DNA of 64,000 nucleotides from NCBI RefSeq assembly GCF_055900595.2, contig NZ_CM148325.1; one strand, 5' to 3'. Shown piece by piece: positions 37,609 to 51,193 of this stretch (position 1 is its first letter; each line of letters starts with the position of its first letter). The notes under the pieces were generated by a model. It saw only the letters and a program-made list of their open reading frames with translations, ran no database searches and was not told where the DNA came from. The position numbers and the translations under genes were made by a program.

Positions 37609-38960
37609 TCTTCTCTGACTGGCCGTGGCGTCACTGGCGGCAAGTGAGGGGAGAAGCCATCGCCTTACGTCTCAATGATGAGCAACTCAACTGGCGCGAG
37701 CTTTGTGCTCGCGTCGATGAATTAGCCTCAGGCTTTGCGGCGCAGGGCGTGGTTGAGGGCAGCGGCGTGATGTTGCGGGCGTGGAATACGCCGCAAACGC
37801 TGCTCTCCTGGCTGGCGCTACTGCAATGCGGAGCGCGGGTGCTGCCCGTGAATCCACAGTTGCCGCAACCGTTGCTTGAGGAGTTGTTGCCCAATCTGAC
37901 GCTGCAATTTGCACTGGTGCCGGAAGGGGAAAACACATTTTCGGCGTTAACGTCGCTGCATATTCAGCAGGTTGAAGGCGTACATGCCGCTGCGTGGCAG
38001 CCGACGCGTCTGTGCTCAATGACGTTAACTTCTGGCTCCACCGGGTTGCCGAAAGCCGCTGTTCATACTTATCAGGCCCATCTTGCCAGCGCCGAAGGGG
38101 TGTTATCGCTGATTCCGTTTGGCGATCACGATGACTGGTTGCTCTCTTTACCGCTGTTTCACGTCTCCGGTCAGGGAATTCTGTGGCGCTGGTTATACGC
38201 TGGTGCGCGGATGACGGTGCGTGATAAACAGCCATTGGAGCAAATGCTGGCAGGCTGTACGCACGCTTCACTGGTGCCAACACAGCTCTGGCGTTTGCTG
38301 GTTAACCGCAGTTCCGTTTCCCTGAAAGCGGTGTTACTTGGCGGCGCGGCTATCCCGGTCGAGTTGACGGAACAGGCGCGCGAGCAGGGGATTCGTTGCT
38401 TTTGCGGCTATGGTCTGACCGAGTTTGCCTCCACGGTGTGTGCGAAAGAAGCCGACGGTCTGGCAGATGTCGGTTCGCCGCTGCCGGGTCGGGAAGTGAA
38501 AATCGTAAACGACGAAGTGTGGTTGCGGGCTGCCAGCACGGCTGAAGGTTACTGGCGTAACGGGCAACTGGTGGCGCTGGTGAATGACGAAGGCTGGTAC
38601 GCTACGCGCGATCGCGGTGAGATGCATAATGGCAAGCTGACCATTGTCGGACGTTTAGACAATCTGTTCTTCAGTGGTGGCGAAGGCATTCAGCCAGAAG
38701 AAGTCGAGCGCGTTATTGCTGCACATCCTGCGGTTTTGCAGGTGTTTATCGTTCCCGTTGCTGACAAGGAGTTTGGTCATCGACCGGTAGCGGTGGTGGA
38801 GTATGACCAGCAAACCGTTGATCTTGGCGAATGGGTGAAAGATAAGCTGGCCCGTTTTCAGCAACCGGTGCGTTGGCTGACGCTTCCACCTGAACTGAAA
38901 AACGGTGGTATTAAAATTTCACGTCAGGCGCTAAAAGAGTGGGTGCAACGCCAGCAATAA
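37605..38960 (+). CDS. menE: o-succinylbenzoate-CoA ligase
   Basis: 451 aa adenylate-forming enzyme (..[10 protein letters not shown]..); 4-nt overlap with the menC stop. Confidence 0.9.
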
Positions 38961-39069
38961 TTAACCATCCGTTGCACTTCTCATTTCTGCCATTCCATTG
39001 CCGTTGATAAAGAGTTTATCTGTTAATCTGTAAATTGATGTGAAAACTCTTAGCAAACAGGATAATGCA

Positions 39070-39336
39070 ATGGAATGGCTGGTCAAAAAATCGTGCTGCG
39101 ATAAACAAGATAACAGACATGTACTTATGCTCTGCGATGCTGGCGGCGCGATAAAAATGATCGCCGAAGTGAAGAGTGACTTCGCCGTGAAAGTGGGCGA
39201 TTTACTCTCCCCTTTGCAGAATGCGCTTTACTGTATTAATCGTGAAAAGCTGCACACGGTGAAGGTCCTCTCGGCAAGCAGTTACAGCCCCGATGAGTGG
39301 GAACGGCAGTGTAAAGCGGCAGGGAACACTCAGTAA
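39070..39336 (+). CDS. pmrD: signal-transduction connector protein PmrD
   Basis: 88 aa from ATG 39070 ([34 protein letters not shown]...). Confidence 0.85.
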   Translation: MEWLVKKSCCDKQDNRHVLMLCDAGGAIKMIAEVKSDFAVKVGDLLSPLQNALYCINREKLHTVKVLSASSYSPDEWERQCKAAGNTQ

Positions 39337-39716
39337 CGTTGTTTTGTCGTGGGCAGGAAAATCAACATCAACCCGCTCATAATACAAGCAACTCCCAGTA
39401 GTGCCTTCAGCGAAAAAGTTCCTTCCCAGCCGGGAAGTATCATTGATGCAATCCATACCAGCACATAGCTCATACTGAGCAAGGCATAGGCTTTGCTTAA
39501 CGCAAGTTTATGTAGCGTTTTATACCAACAAAAAACGGAAAGCAGATAACCCAGCAGCCCGAGTAACAGTATCCGGGCATCCAGGCCAAAAGCTAACAGC
39601 GCCGCGATAAAATCCCATAAGTGCGTCATCGGCGGCAGATGACTCGCCGCATAACCCAGGCTTAATTGCGCAGCTGAGGCAATAATGACGCTGAATAATC
39701 CCCACATCAGGCCCAT
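39330..39716 (-). CDS. arnF: undecaprenyl-phosphate-L-Ara4N flippase subunit ArnF
   Basis: 128 aa from ATG 39716 ([29 protein letters not shown]...). The ORF-track 222-aa version is an upstream extension into arnE. Confidence 0.85.
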   Translation of the reverse strand: MGLMWGLFSVIIASAAQLSLGYAASHLPPMTHLWDFIAALLAFGLDARILLLGLLGYLLSVFCWYKTLHKLALSKAYALLSMSYVLVWIASMILPGWEGTFSLKALLGVACIMSGLMLIFLPTTKQRY

Positions 39717-40051
39717 TACACCGTACTCCCGAGGATCACAATGCCGCCAATAATGAACGCCACCCCACACCAGTGACGCAGTGATACCGGCTCGTGCCAC
39801 AGTTTTACTGCAGCCAGCGTCACCCAGACAAAATTCAGACTTAACATCGGGTAGGCAATGCCTACCGGTACGTTCTGCAAGACCAGCAGCCAGAGCACCA
39901 TGGCAAGGCCAAGACAAGCCAGCGCCAGTCCCAGCCACAGCACGATATGTTTGCGCCGTTTGTTTATCGCCACAAAGCAGGTTGCTTGTTTCTGACACAA
40001 CTGCCCGGCAACGCTAAGCAAGCTGGCAAAGACTAATGTTAGCCAGATCAT
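39716..40051 (-). CDS. arnE: undecaprenyl-phosphate-L-Ara4N flippase subunit ArnE
   Basis: 111 aa [37 protein letters not shown]... Confidence 0.9.
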   Translation of the reverse strand: MIWLTLVFASLLSVAGQLCQKQATCFVAINKRRKHIVLWLGLALACLGLAMVLWLLVLQNVPVGIAYPMLSLNFVWVTLAAVKLWHEPVSLRHWCGVAFIIGGIVILGSTV

Positions 40052-41700
40052 TTGGGCCGATACTGAATCAGCACCAGACGCTCCTGACGATCGATGGCAT
40101 CTGCGGGCGGAATGGCGAGACTGTTGATATCTTCATCGCGGTCAACCGAAAGCACGAGTGTAATAACCCCCTCCTGACGATGTTGATTAAGCCAGTTTGC
40201 GAACTCATCACCGCTGACAAATCTCCCTTTCGCATCCGGATAATTTAGGCCGTATTTCAATTCCCCTGTCTGGCGATACATGATGATGTCATCACGTCTC
40301 AGGCTCCATGCCAGACCAGCAGCAACGCCGACGCTATCGGTAAGAATATAGCGGCTTGGCTGCAGTGATTCTTGTGTCATCTCGACAAAAAATTGCGGAT
40401 GTTTTCCTTCCATGACTCTGTCAGGAATTGAAAATCCTACCAGCAACGCCAGCCCCAGCGGGCAAAGCGCGGCAAAAGACCAGGTCTTTTCGACGTTTGT
40501 TAAGGTGTACCAGCCGAAAAATGCCCATAGCGAAAAAATCGACCATGCACAGAAGACTTTATAGCTCTCGAAGGTTTGCCACACCGGCGTGCTCATAGGT
40601 CCCCAGGGGGAGACCACAAACGTAGCAATAATGCCAGTGACGCCAAAAGCGATGTTAATCCAGCCATTAATCCGCAACGCCAGAGGATTATTTTTTGCTG
40701 CCAGCAAAGCGTAATGCGCCATCAGCATTGCCAGAGGTGCAAAGCAGGAAAGAATATAGGTGGGCAATTTGCCTTTGGCGACGGAGAAAAACAGCAGCGG
40801 CATTACCGCCCAGCTCAATAAATAGACGGTTGCGGAATGCTTGCGGTTTTTCCAGCCTGTGTACAGTACTCCGGGGAGTAATCCCAGCCACGGCAGGCTA
40901 CCGGCAATGATGACCGGCAAGTAGTACCAGAACGGAGCTCTATGCTGAGCATCATCCATTGCAAAGCGTTGAATATGCTCAACCCAGAAAAAATAGTGCC
41001 AGAAGTCAGGCTCCCGCTGCGCTATCGCCAGTCCCCAGGGGAGAACCGTCAGTACGCAACTGATAACCGCCAGCCAGCCGTAAATAAAGAGATCTTTCCA
41101 GCGTTTTTGCGTTGCAACCCATGGCAGCACGCTTAATACCGGCACGGCAAGGGCGAGAAAACCTTTGGTCATCACCCCCATGCCGCAGGTGATTCCCAGC
41201 AGTAAAAATCCCGCGCTTTTGCCTTTCCACGTCTGTGCCTGCATTGCCAGCCAGAAGCTGCACATTCCCGCCAACAGCCAGAATGCAATAAACGGATCGA
41301 GCACGGCATAAGTGCCAATGGCATAGACAATAAACAGTGAGAGATAAATCACTGCGGCGAGTAGAGCCAGACGTTTATCGCGCCATAAGCGCAGAGTAAA
41401 CCAGGTCACCAGCGCGGCAGTTAACAGGGTCGCAAAGATAACGCCTGCCCGCACACCAAAGTTATTTGCGCCAAATAGCCATTGCCCAATACTGTTAATC
41501 CAGTATCCGGCAATGGGTTTTTCGAAATAACGTAGCCCTAACATATGGGGCACAATCCAGTCGCCGGATGCCAGCATTTCCCGACTGATTTCCGCATAAC
41601 GCGTTTCATCTGGTTGCCAGAGCAGACGCGTGCTGATCGGTAACAGGTAATAGCAGGCAATAAACGCGAAGAGGCCGATAAGGTAACGTACCGATTTCAT
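40048..41700 (-). CDS. arnT: undecaprenyl-phosphate-alpha-L-Ara4N:lipid A arabinosyltransferase
   Basis: 550 aa polytopic membrane protein [42 protein letters not shown]... Confidence 0.95.
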   Translation of the reverse strand: MKSVRYLIGLFAFIACYYLLPISTRLLWQPDETRYAEISREMLASGDWIVPHMLGLRYFEKPIAGYWINSIGQWLFGANNFGVRAGVIFATLLTAALVTWFTLRLWRDKRLALLAAVIYLSLFIVYAIGTYAVLDPFIAFWLLAGMCSFWLAMQAQTWKGKSAGFLLLGITCGMGVMTKGFLALAVPVLSVLPWVATQKRWKDLFIYGWLAVISCVLTVLPWGLAIAQREPDFWHYFFWVEHIQRFAMDDAQHRAPFWYYLPVIIAGSLPWLGLLPGVLYTGWKNRKHSATVYLLSWAVMPLLFFSVAKGKLPTYILSCFAPLAMLMAHYALLAAKNNPLALRINGWINIAFGVTGIIATFVVSPWGPMSTPVWQTFESYKVFCAWSIFSLWAFFGWYTLTNVEKTWSFAALCPLGLALLVGFSIPDRVMEGKHPQFFVEMTQESLQPSRYILTDSVGVAAGLAWSLRRDDIIMYRQTGELKYGLNYPDAKGRFVSGDEFANWLNQHRQEGVITLVLSVDRDEDINSLAIPPADAIDRQERLVLIQYRPK

Positions 41701-42590
41701 CAGCGACTACCCGCAATTTGTTGGCAACCCAGCCAGCCTTCACGTCCGGCAATATTTCCGCGAACAACTTGTCCGAGCGGCAACGTCCCTGATAACAGTT
41801 CGCTTAAAGGGCAAAATGTCACGCCTTCCTGGGTTGCGCGTTTCAGGAGATCCACAAAATTATGCTGATAAGCGCAGCCTTCAACTTCTGCATGAATGGT
41901 ATAAACCGGCGTGCCTTTATCTCGCAGGATGCGGTTGAGTAGCCAACCGTTAAAATCTTCTGCTTTCACATCCCGACCAATCACTTCATCCCAGGTGGGT
42001 AAGGTCACCGGAATTTGCGCAGTACCGGGTTTTCCTGATTCGAGCAATGGACGAAACGGCATCGCCCCACGACAATCGCTGTTGTAGCGCAAATGGAACG
42101 CTTCTTTTGCTTCGATCACCTGCTGGTCGGCACGCCAGCCAGCGGCTGCGGAGCAGGTTACCGGTTGGCCGATAATTTCTTCCAGGGTGCGAAGGCCGCG
42201 TGCAATATCGTCGGCCATCGTTTGCCGATCCCAGTTACCGCTATGGGCTTGCCAGGCGTGATGATCCCAGGCGTGTAGGCCGACTTCGTGGTGTTTAGCC
42301 GCTTCTCGAATGATATCGGCATTGGCATGACCAATCTCTTTTCCTGGCCATGCCGTACCCGCCAGCAAAATATCCCAGCCATAAAGCGATGCTGCGTTTG
42401 AGCGCAGCATCTTCCACAAAAACTGTGGCTTCACCAGTCGCCAGAGATGGCGGCCCATATTGTCCGGGCCGACGCTGAAAAAAATGCTGGCCTGAATATT
42501 ATGCTTACTCAAGATTTCCAGCAGACGCGGCACGCCTTCACGGGTGCCACGAAAGGTATCGACATCAATGCGTAAGCCTACTTTTGTCAT
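41700..42590 (-). CDS. arnD: 4-deoxy-4-formamido-L-arabinose-phosphoundecaprenol deformylase
   Basis: 296 aa [38 protein letters not shown]... Confidence 0.95.
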   Translation of the reverse strand: MTKVGLRIDVDTFRGTREGVPRLLEILSKHNIQASIFFSVGPDNMGRHLWRLVKPQFLWKMLRSNAASLYGWDILLAGTAWPGKEIGHANADIIREAAKHHEVGLHAWDHHAWQAHSGNWDRQTMADDIARGLRTLEEIIGQPVTCSAAAGWRADQQVIEAKEAFHLRYNSDCRGAMPFRPLLESGKPGTAQIPVTLPTWDEVIGRDVKAEDFNGWLLNRILRDKGTPVYTIHAEVEGCAYQHNFVDLLKRATQEGVTFCPLSELLSGTLPLGQVVRGNIAGREGWLGCQQIAGSR

Positions 42591-44568
42591 GATGGTTTAT
42601 CCGTAAGCTCGACGGTGCGCAAGAAGAAATCCAGCGTTTCGTCGATGGTTTCCTGCATATCAAATTGGGGTTCCCAGTCCAGGCAGCGGCGGGCATTGCG
42701 GATGCTCGGTTTACGATGCTCTACGTCCTGATATCCTTTGCCGTAGTAGCTGCTACTTTCGACAACACGAAAGCCCGCAAACGGTGGGAAGTGATGGCGC
42801 AGCGGATGTTTTTCGAAGCTCGCCAGCAGCATCTCGCCCAGTTCCTCAATGCTCGCTTCGTTCTCAGGATTGCCAATGTTGATAATTTCGCCGTCACAGC
42901 GATTTCCCGCATTTTCGATAATGCGGTACAACGCCTCGATACCATCCCGGATATCAGTAAAGCAGCGTTTTTGTTTTCCGCCATCAATTAGCTTAATTGG
43001 TGAACCTTCTACCAGATTGAGAATGAGTTGCGTAATCGCGCGGGAGCTGCCAATTCGCGCTGCATTAAGGTTATCCAGTCGTGGTCCCATCCAGTTAAAC
43101 GGGCGGAAGAGGGTGAACTGTAAACCCTCTTTTTCGCCATAGGCCCAGATCACCCGATCAAGTAATTGTTTTGACACCGAATAAATCCAGCGTGGTTTAT
43201 TCACCGGGCCGACGATTAAATTAGAATGGTCTTCATCGAAGTATTTATCGCTGCACATCCCATAAACTTCTGAAGTCGACGGGAAGATGATTCGCTTACG
43301 GTACTTCACGCAGTAACGGATAATGCGTAGATTCTCTTCAAAATCGAGTTCAAAGACGCGCAGCGGGTTGCGGGTATATTCAATCGGCGTGGCTATCGCC
43401 ACCAAAGGCAAGACGACATCACATTTTTTGACGTGATATTCAATCCATTCGGAATGGATACTGATATCGCCTTCGACAAAGTGAAAATGCGGATGATTCA
43501 TAAAACGGCTTATCGCATCGCTGCCAATATCCAGACCGTAAACTTCATAATGATCTTCGCGCAGCAGGCGTTCTGTCAGATGGTTGCCAATAAAGCCATT
43601 CACCCCGAGGATGAGTACCCGAGTACGGCGTCGGGCGGTGCAGGCAGGCTGGCTATTCAAGCGTGAACCTTGCACTAGACCCAGCGACTGCGCTAACTGC
43701 GAGCCTTGCATAGTAATGCCGTCTCCCGCCTGTCCGGTGACGATTTCCAGCGCGCCATCGCCACAGGCAATCAGCAGTGGCGCAACAGAAATCACGCACC
43801 CCAGTTGTGCTGCGGGCGCATGAGAATGCACGCGTGACGACCAGACGGTAAATTTTTGATTACCAACATAGCTGAAGGCACCCGGCCACGGATCGGCGAC
43901 GGCACGCACCATGTGATGCAATACTGCTGCCGGTTTATGCCACTCGAGGAAGCTGTCTTCTGGCGTTCTGCGACCAAAACAGGTGGCTTCGTTTTCGCGC
44001 TGGGCGATTTCCAGAATATTACCGTGTTTAATGGCAGGTAATGTCTGCTCCAGTAGCTGGCGCGCGGCATGGCATAACTTGTGATGAAGCGTAATGGCGA
44101 TATCGTCTGGCGCAATGGCAATGCGCAATTGGGCCACAATGGGCCCAGCATCGGCACGTTTCACCATTCGGTGCAATGTCACGCCAGTTTCCGTTTCACC
44201 GTTCACCAGCACCCAGTTCAGCGGCGCGCGACCACGATATTTTGGTAACAGCGAACCATGCAGATTAAATGCACCTGCGGGAGCGAGCTGCAAAATTTCG
44301 TCGCAAATAAGATGGCGATAATAAAAAGAAAAAATCACATCAGGTGATAGTTGGGCAATGCGTTCCACCCACAGCGGATGATTAACGTTATCTGGCGCAT
44401 AAACCGGAATGCCTCTTTCCGCCGCCAGACGAGCTACCGAACCATAAAAGGCTTTTTCACCGGGATTATCAGTATGAGTAAAAATAGCGCTAATTTCGTA
44501 ACCGGCATCCAGCAGGGCTTCAATACCGAGGCATCCCATATCGTGGTAGGCAAAAACGACGGTTTTCA

Positions 44569-44569
<1 letters not shown>
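42587..44569 (-). CDS. arnA: bifunctional UDP-GlcA decarboxylase / UDP-Ara4N formyltransferase
   Basis: 660 aa [39 protein letters not shown]... Confidence 0.95.
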
Positions 44570-45540
<971 letters not shown>

Positions 45541-46698
45541 TTATTGTCCTGCGAGTTGCTGAAGGGCTGTGATGACGCGGTCGGCATCGGCGGTGGTCAT
45601 ATCCGGGAACAGCGGCAACGAACAGATGCGTTCGCTATTCCATTCGGTATTCGGTAACGACAGCGTGGGAAAACGCTCGCGATAATATTTTTGCGTGTGA
45701 GCGGCGCGGAAATGTAACCCGGTACCAATGCCTCTTTCTTTTAACGCTTCCATCAACGCATCGCGACCGATACCACAACGTTGTTCATCGACACGAATAA
45801 TAAACAGATGCCAGGCGTGAACGTGCGGCCAGGCGGGAAGGCTTAATGGCTCAAAGGGGAGAGCTGCCAGAGCTTGCTGATATTGCAGAGCAATTTCGCG
45901 CCGACGGGTGTTGAGGTGCTCTAATTTGGCTAACTGGGTCAGGGCAATCGCGGCGTTAATATCGGTCAGATTATACTTATAGCCCGGCGTTAAGACTTCA
46001 GCTTGCGGTGCACGGCCCCAGGTTTGTCTGTCATATGCATCGACACCCAGACCGTGAAATTTCAGCATCCGTAGCTGGCAGGCGAGGTTTTCATCATCGG
46101 TAACAATCAACCCACCTTCCGCACAGGTAATATTTTTGATGGCGTGAAACGAAAAAATAGCGGTACCTTTTGCGCCAATATGTCGGCCTTTGTAATACGT
46201 ACCGACGGCATGGGCAGCATCTTCGATAACTGCGATGCCGTAACGTTCGCCAATGGCGCGAATGGCGTCAATATCTGCTGGCGCACCGGCATAATGCACC
46301 GGAATGATGGCTTTAGTGCGTGGCGTAATGACTGCTTCGATCGTTTCAGGCGTGACCATCAGCGTATCGCGGTCGACATCCACCATTACCGGCGTTGCAC
46401 CCAACAAGGAGATCATATTGAGGGTTGAAACCCAGGTCAGGGAAGGCGTAATCACTTCATCGCCCTTGCCAATTTCCAACGCCATTAGCGTGATATGCAT
46501 TCCGGCGGTGGCTGAACTGACCGCGATGGCATGCTGATTTCCCGTCAACTGGCAAAAGGCTTGTTCAATCGCCTGATTCTTCGGACCGGTTGTGATCCAA
46601 CCGGATTCGAGAACCTCTTTAACTGCTGCGAGTTCCTCCACGCCCATTGCTGGTCGCGAAAAAGGCAAAAATTCTGACATTGCTTTTCCTTCCGCCAT
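45541..46698 (-). CDS. arnB: UDP-4-amino-4-deoxy-L-arabinose--oxoglutarate aminotransferase
   Basis: 385 aa from ATG 46698 ([41 protein letters not shown]...); the ORF track extends 5 codons further to 46713. Confidence 0.9.
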   Translation of the reverse strand: MAEGKAMSEFLPFSRPAMGVEELAAVKEVLESGWITTGPKNQAIEQAFCQLTGNQHAIAVSSATAGMHITLMALEIGKGDEVITPSLTWVSTLNMISLLGATPVMVDVDRDTLMVTPETIEAVITPRTKAIIPVHYAGAPADIDAIRAIGERYGIAVIEDAAHAVGTYYKGRHIGAKGTAIFSFHAIKNITCAEGGLIVTDDENLACQLRMLKFHGLGVDAYDRQTWGRAPQAEVLTPGYKYNLTDINAAIALTQLAKLEHLNTRRREIALQYQQALAALPFEPLSLPAWPHVHAWHLFIIRVDEQRCGIGRDALMEALKERGIGTGLHFRAAHTQKYYRERFPTLSLPNTEWNSERICSLPLFPDMTTADADRVITALQQLAGQ

Positions 46699-46778
46699 TG
46701 AATACCTGTCCACTTATATTTGCTATAAAGAGTGTTGTGTATATTTTGCCATTTGGAGCGAAATTCTAAGGATAGAAT

Positions 46779-46795
46779 ATTAACTTAACCTTAAG
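46779..46795 (-). promoter_or_regulatory. candidate BasR/PmrA box upstream of arnB
   Basis: Minus strand reads CTTAAG-GTTAA-GTTAAT, a direct repeat with 5-nt spacer resembling the PmrA box (YTTAAK-N5-YTTAAK), about 80-95 nt upstream of the arnB start. Confidence 0.5.
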
Positions 46796-46987
46796 AAATT
46801 AATATTAGACGTAAATATTGAAATTTTTATATTTTTTCTTATTTAGGCTTTGCATTTGGCAAAATTTTGAGGCATTTTGCCGGCATCGTAGGATTTTTAA
46901 TATTACACCAACTGCTAATTATCGCCAGAAATGTCGCTCAATTTCACGGTAATTGTCTGGTTGCACTTGTCTATAGGTGGAGTTTAC

Positions 46988-47590
46988 GTGTTAGCTTTTT
47001 GCCGCTCTTCGTTGAAGTCAAAAAAATATTTCATCATTTTACTGGTGCTCGCTGCAATTGCCGGACTGGGTACTCATGCCGCCTGGAGTAGTAATGGTTT
47101 GCCACGTATCGACAATAAAACACTGGCCAGACTGGCACAGCAGCACACGGTTGTCGTTTTGTTTCGCCATGCTGAACGTTGCGATCGTTCAACCAATCAA
47201 TGCTTGTCAGATAAAACAGGTATTACGGTCAAAGGTACCCAGGATGCCCGTGAACTGGGCAACGCTTTTAGCGCTGACATCCCTGATTTCGATCTTTATT
47301 CCAGTAATACCGTCCGGACCATTCAGTCGGCGACCTGGTTTTCAGCGGGGAAAAAGCTGACGGTAGATAAACGACTTCTTCAATGCGGTAATGAGATTTA
47401 TAGTGCAATTAAGGACTTACAAAGCAAAGCACCTGATAAAAATATCGTTATTTTTACCCATAATCATTGCCTGACATATATTGCTAAAGATAAGCGTGAT
47501 GCGACATTTAAACCTGATTATCTGGATGGTTTAGTCATGCATGTAGAAAAAGGCAAAGTTTATCTGGATGGGGAATTCGTTAACCACTAA
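46988..47590 (+). CDS. ais: lipopolysaccharide core heptose(II)-phosphate phosphatase Ais
   Basis: 200 aa from GTG 46988 ([34 protein letters not shown]..., histidine-phosphatase RHAER motif); the ORF-track start at 46931 is an upstream extension. Confidence 0.85.
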   Translation: MLAFCRSSLKSKKYFIILLVLAAIAGLGTHAAWSSNGLPRIDNKTLARLAQQHTVVVLFRHAERCDRSTNQCLSDKTGITVKGTQDARELGNAFSADIPDFDLYSSNTVRTIQSATWFSAGKKLTVDKRLLQCGNEIYSAIKDLQSKAPDKNIVIFTHNHCLTYIAKDKRDATFKPDYLDGLVMHVEKGKVYLDGEFVNH

Positions 47591-47628
47591 ATTTTCAATC
47601 TGACAGCCAGTAATGGCTGCCATCACTG

Positions 47629-48054
47629 TTACAGAAGACCTTTCAAACGTAACGTTTTTCGGGTGGCGACATTCAAATCATAATGCACCAGATCTTCAGG
47701 TTTTACCCACGCGTAGTCCTGAAACTCTTCGTTTATTTTCACTTCTCGGTTGGCAGAAACGCAGTCAAAAATCAGGTAAATCATATAAATCTCTTCCTTG
47801 CGGCCATCTGCATACGTCTTGGTGCGAATATCATCGCTGAAGGTCCACGGCGTGATTTCTGTCAAAATCAGCTGTTCTCCCAGTTCTTCGCGAATTTCGC
47901 GGCGTAGTGCCTCTTCAATTCGTTCACCAGGCTCCACGCCGCCACCCGAAAGCGCCCATTGACCGGGGAAAACGCCGCGATCGTCGGCCATTTTACACAG
48001 CAAATAAGCACCATCATTTTCAATCAAAGGGCATACAATAGTCCGTTGTCGCAC
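47629..48054 (-). CDS. nudI: Nudix hydrolase NudI (nucleoside triphosphatase)
   Basis: 141 aa from GTG 48054 ([25 protein letters not shown]...; Nudix box [24 protein letters not shown]); AAGGA Shine-Dalgarno upstream. Confidence 0.85.
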   Translation of the reverse strand: MRQRTIVCPLIENDGAYLLCKMADDRGVFPGQWALSGGGVEPGERIEEALRREIREELGEQLILTEITPWTFSDDIRTKTYADGRKEEIYMIYLIFDCVSANREVKINEEFQDYAWVKPEDLVHYDLNVATRKTLRLKGLL

Positions 48055-48332
48055 AGGAGTATTCCTTATAAATAAAAAGAAACCATGAGAATACGGCAAC
48101 TCAGAAATATGTGAAAGTGACAGTAATCTCTTTTGCGATGATAACTGTACTTATTATTATTTTTGTGTGTATCGGTAAAGTGTGTTTATTTTTTCGGCGT
48201 TTAATTATTTAAGAAGTATTTAGTTACAATAAGTGACTAGATCCCTTTTTTCGCTCATTGAATCCTCTGTGCCAGGCAGTACAATCCCGCAGCTTTGGGA
48301 ATTTTGATTTATTGCTTGTGGGAGAGGGGAAA

Positions 48333-48875
48333 ATGAAAAAAATTGCGCTAGCAGGTCTGGCCGGAATGCTGTTGGTTTCTGCATCGGTCAATGCAATGAG
48401 TATCAGCGGTCAGGCGGGTAAAGAATACACCAATATTGGTGTCGGTTTTGGTACGGAATCGACGGGCCTGGCGTTAAGCGGTAACTGGACACATAACGAC
48501 GACGACGGTGACGTCGCGGGTGTGGGGCTGGGGTTGAATCTGCCTCTTGGTCCGTTAATGGCGACCGTTGGCGGTAAAGGTATTTATACCAATCCGAATG
48601 ATGGTGATGAAGGCTATGCCGCTGCTGTTGGTGGTGGTTTGCAGTGGAAAATTGGCAACAGCTTCCGTTTGTTTGGCGAGTATTACTACTCTCCAGATTC
48701 GCTCTCCAGCGGTATTCAAAGTTATGAGGAAGCGAATGCTGGTGCGCGTTACACCATTATGCGTCCAGTCAGTATTGAGGCGGGTTATCGCTATCTGAAT
48801 CTGTCGGGTAAAGATGGTAACCGCGACAACGCCGTGGCTGACGGTCCATATGTTGGGGTTAACGCCAGTTTCTGA
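48333..48875 (+). CDS. yfaZ: putative outer-membrane protein YfaZ
   Basis: 180 aa from ATG 48333 (MKKIALAGLAGMLLVSASVNA... signal peptide; ends in aromatic ...GVNASF typical of beta-barrels); GGGGAAAATG ribosome-binding context. Confidence 0.85.
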   Translation: MKKIALAGLAGMLLVSASVNAMSISGQAGKEYTNIGVGFGTESTGLALSGNWTHNDDDGDVAGVGLGLNLPLGPLMATVGGKGIYTNPNDGDEGYAAAVGGGLQWKIGNSFRLFGEYYYSPDSLSSGIQSYEEANAGARYTIMRPVSIEAGYRYLNLSGKDGNRDNAVADGPYVGVNASF

Positions 48876-48974
48876 TGCCTTCCGGCGCGGCATTCTGTCG
48901 CGCCATTCAGTTTCTTACTACGCCTTATCTCCCTTTGCGTTATAGTGATTCGATAACAAAAGCAGGAGATAACC

Positions 48975-50177
48975 ATGTTAACAGTGGAAATGTTATCCAC
49001 CGGGGATGAAGTGTTACACGGGCAAATCGTTGACACTAACGCTGCCTGGCTGGCCGATTTTTTCTTTCATCAGGGGTTGCCATTATCTCGCCGTAATACG
49101 GTGGGGGATAACCTCGATGACTTAGTGACCATTCTTCGTGAACGTAGTCAGCACGCCGATGTGCTGATTGTGAACGGCGGGCTGGGGCCGACCAGTGATG
49201 ATTTAAGCGCACTCGCCGCTGCGACTGCAAAAGGAGAAGGCCTGGTGCTGCATGAGGCCTGGCTCAAAGAGATGGAACGTTATTTTCGCGAACGTGGACG
49301 GGTGATGGCACCGAGCAACCGTAAACAAGCGGAGCTACCTGCCAGTGCAGAATTTATCAATAACCCAGTAGGCACCGCCTGTGGTTTTGCCGTGCAGCTT
49401 AATCGTTGCCTGATGTTCTTTACCCCCGGCGTACCGTCAGAATTTAAGGTGATGGTCGAGCACGAAATCCTGCCGCGCCTGCGCGAGCGTTTTTCTTTAC
49501 CGCAGCCGCCGGTTTGTCTGCGTTTGACTACCTTTGGTCGTTCGGAAAGCGATCTGGCGCAAAGCCTGGACTCCCTGCAACTACCGCCGGGCGTAACAAT
49601 GGGCTATCGCTCTTCCATGCCGATAATTGAACTTAAGCTGACCGGACCGGCAAGCGAGCAACAGGCGATGGAAAAACTGTGGCTGGACGTTAAACGTGTT
49701 GCCGGACAGAGCGTGATTTTCGAAGGTACCGAAGGACTGCCCGCGCAGATCAGTCGCGAATTGCAGAGCCGCCAGTTCAGCCTGACGTTGAGCGAGCAAT
49801 TCACCGGTGGTTTATTGGCTTTGCAACTTTCTCGCGCAGGTGCTCCATTGCTGGCGTGTGAAGTAGTTCCTTCACAGGAAGAAACCCTGGCGCAAACTGC
49901 GCACTGGATTACAGAACGGCGTGCCAACCATTTTGCCGGGCTGGCACTGGCTGTTTCTGGTTTCGAGAACGAACATCTCAACTTTGCGCTAGCCTCGCCA
50001 GACGGCACTTTCGCTCTGCGTGTGCGTTTCAGCACTACGCGCTACAGCCTGGCTATCCGTCAGGAAGTGTGCGCAATGATGGCACTGAATATGCTGCGCC
50101 GTTGGTTAAACGGTCAGGACATCGCCAGTGAGCATGGCTGGATTGAGGTTGTTGAGTCCATGGCTTTATCTGTCTGA
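48975..50177 (+). CDS. yfaY: CinA-like protein YfaY (MoCF-binding domain)
   Basis: 400 aa MLTVEMLSTGDEVLHGQIVDTNAAWLADFFFHQGLPLSRRNTVGDNLDDL... Confidence 0.9.
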   Translation: MLTVEMLSTGDEVLHGQIVDTNAAWLADFFFHQGLPLSRRNTVGDNLDDLVTILRERSQHADVLIVNGGLGPTSDDLSALAAATAKGEGLVLHEAWLKEMERYFRERGRVMAPSNRKQAELPASAEFINNPVGTACGFAVQLNRCLMFFTPGVPSEFKVMVEHEILPRLRERFSLPQPPVCLRLTTFGRSESDLAQSLDSLQLPPGVTMGYRSSMPIIELKLTGPASEQQAMEKLWLDVKRVAGQSVIFEGTEGLPAQISRELQSRQFSLTLSEQFTGGLLALQLSRAGAPLLACEVVPSQEETLAQTAHWITERRANHFAGLALAVSGFENEHLNFALASPDGTFALRVRFSTTRYSLAIRQEVCAMMALNMLRRWLNGQDIASEHGWIEVVESMALSV

Positions 50178-50396
50178 TTCCGCCACTCCGTGCCGGTTTA
50201 CTGCACCGGCACATTCCCCCTCCGGCAAAATTTGTCCAACCTGTTGTACTCAATAAGAAAAAATCCGTGCGCTGATTCACAAATTTGTGCGTAATTTCTC
50301 CAGTCCGCTGGACGAGGTGCGGGATTTGATGCGCTTCACAATTTTACTCCCCCTGAGCAACGAGACTGATTCCAGTATCTAAGACTGGAGTCCAGT

Positions 50397-51179
50397 ATGT
50401 TGGAATCAAGCAAAGTTCCCGCCCTGACACGGGCTATTGATATTCTCAATTTGATTGCCCGCATTGGCCCCTGTAGTGCTGCGACGATCATTGACACATT
50501 GGGGATCCCTAAAAGCACGGCCTATTTGCTGCTTAATGAACTCAGGCGTCAGCGTTTTCTTAGCCTTGATCACCAGGAAAATTTTTGTTTGTGGACCAAG
50601 CTGGTGGAGCTTTCCGGTCATGCGTTAAGCAAGATGGATCTCCGGGAACTGGCTCGACCGCGTTTGACGCAACTGATGGATACCACCGGGCTGTTATGTC
50701 ACCTGGGGATTATTGATAACGGCAGCGCTTATTACATTTTGAAAGTGGAGTCATCAGCCACTATCAGCGTGCGTTCCCATGAAGGAAAAAGCCTTTCGCT
50801 TTATCGCTCCGGAATAGGTAAATGCCTGCTAGCCTGGCAACCTGCATCTGTACAGCAAAGTATTATCGAAGGGCTGGTCTGGGAGCAGGTGACACCCACA
50901 ACGATTACTCATCCACAGCAACTTCACGAAGAACTGGCGCGTATTCGCCGTCAGGGCTGGAGCTATGACAATGGCGAAGATTACGCCGATGTCCGTTGTG
51001 TTGCTGCGCCGGTGTTTAACGCCAATAACGAGCTTACCGCTGCGATCTCGGTGGTCGGTACCCGCTTACAAATCAATGAAGAATACCGTGATTATCTGGC
51101 GGGCAAGGCCATTGCCTGCGCCAGGGATATTTCACGTCTGTTGGGATGGAAAAGTCCCTTTGACTTACAGGCCTCATAA
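50397..51179 (+). CDS. rhmR: IclR-family regulator of the L-rhamnonate operon
   Basis: 260 aa [49 protein letters not shown]... Confidence 0.9.
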   Translation: MLESSKVPALTRAIDILNLIARIGPCSAATIIDTLGIPKSTAYLLLNELRRQRFLSLDHQENFCLWTKLVELSGHALSKMDLRELARPRLTQLMDTTGLLCHLGIIDNGSAYYILKVESSATISVRSHEGKSLSLYRSGIGKCLLAWQPASVQQSIIEGLVWEQVTPTTITHPQQLHEELARIRRQGWSYDNGEDYADVRCVAAPVFNANNELTAAISVVGTRLQINEEYRDYLAGKAIACARDISRLLGWKSPFDLQAS

Positions 51180-51193
51180 CAATGGAGAACAGC

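Noticed and set aside
47598-47626. Short hairpin CAGCCA-GTAA-TGGCTG between convergent ais and nudI as a terminator
   Set aside because: Only a 6-bp stem with no T-run; too weak to call as a feature.
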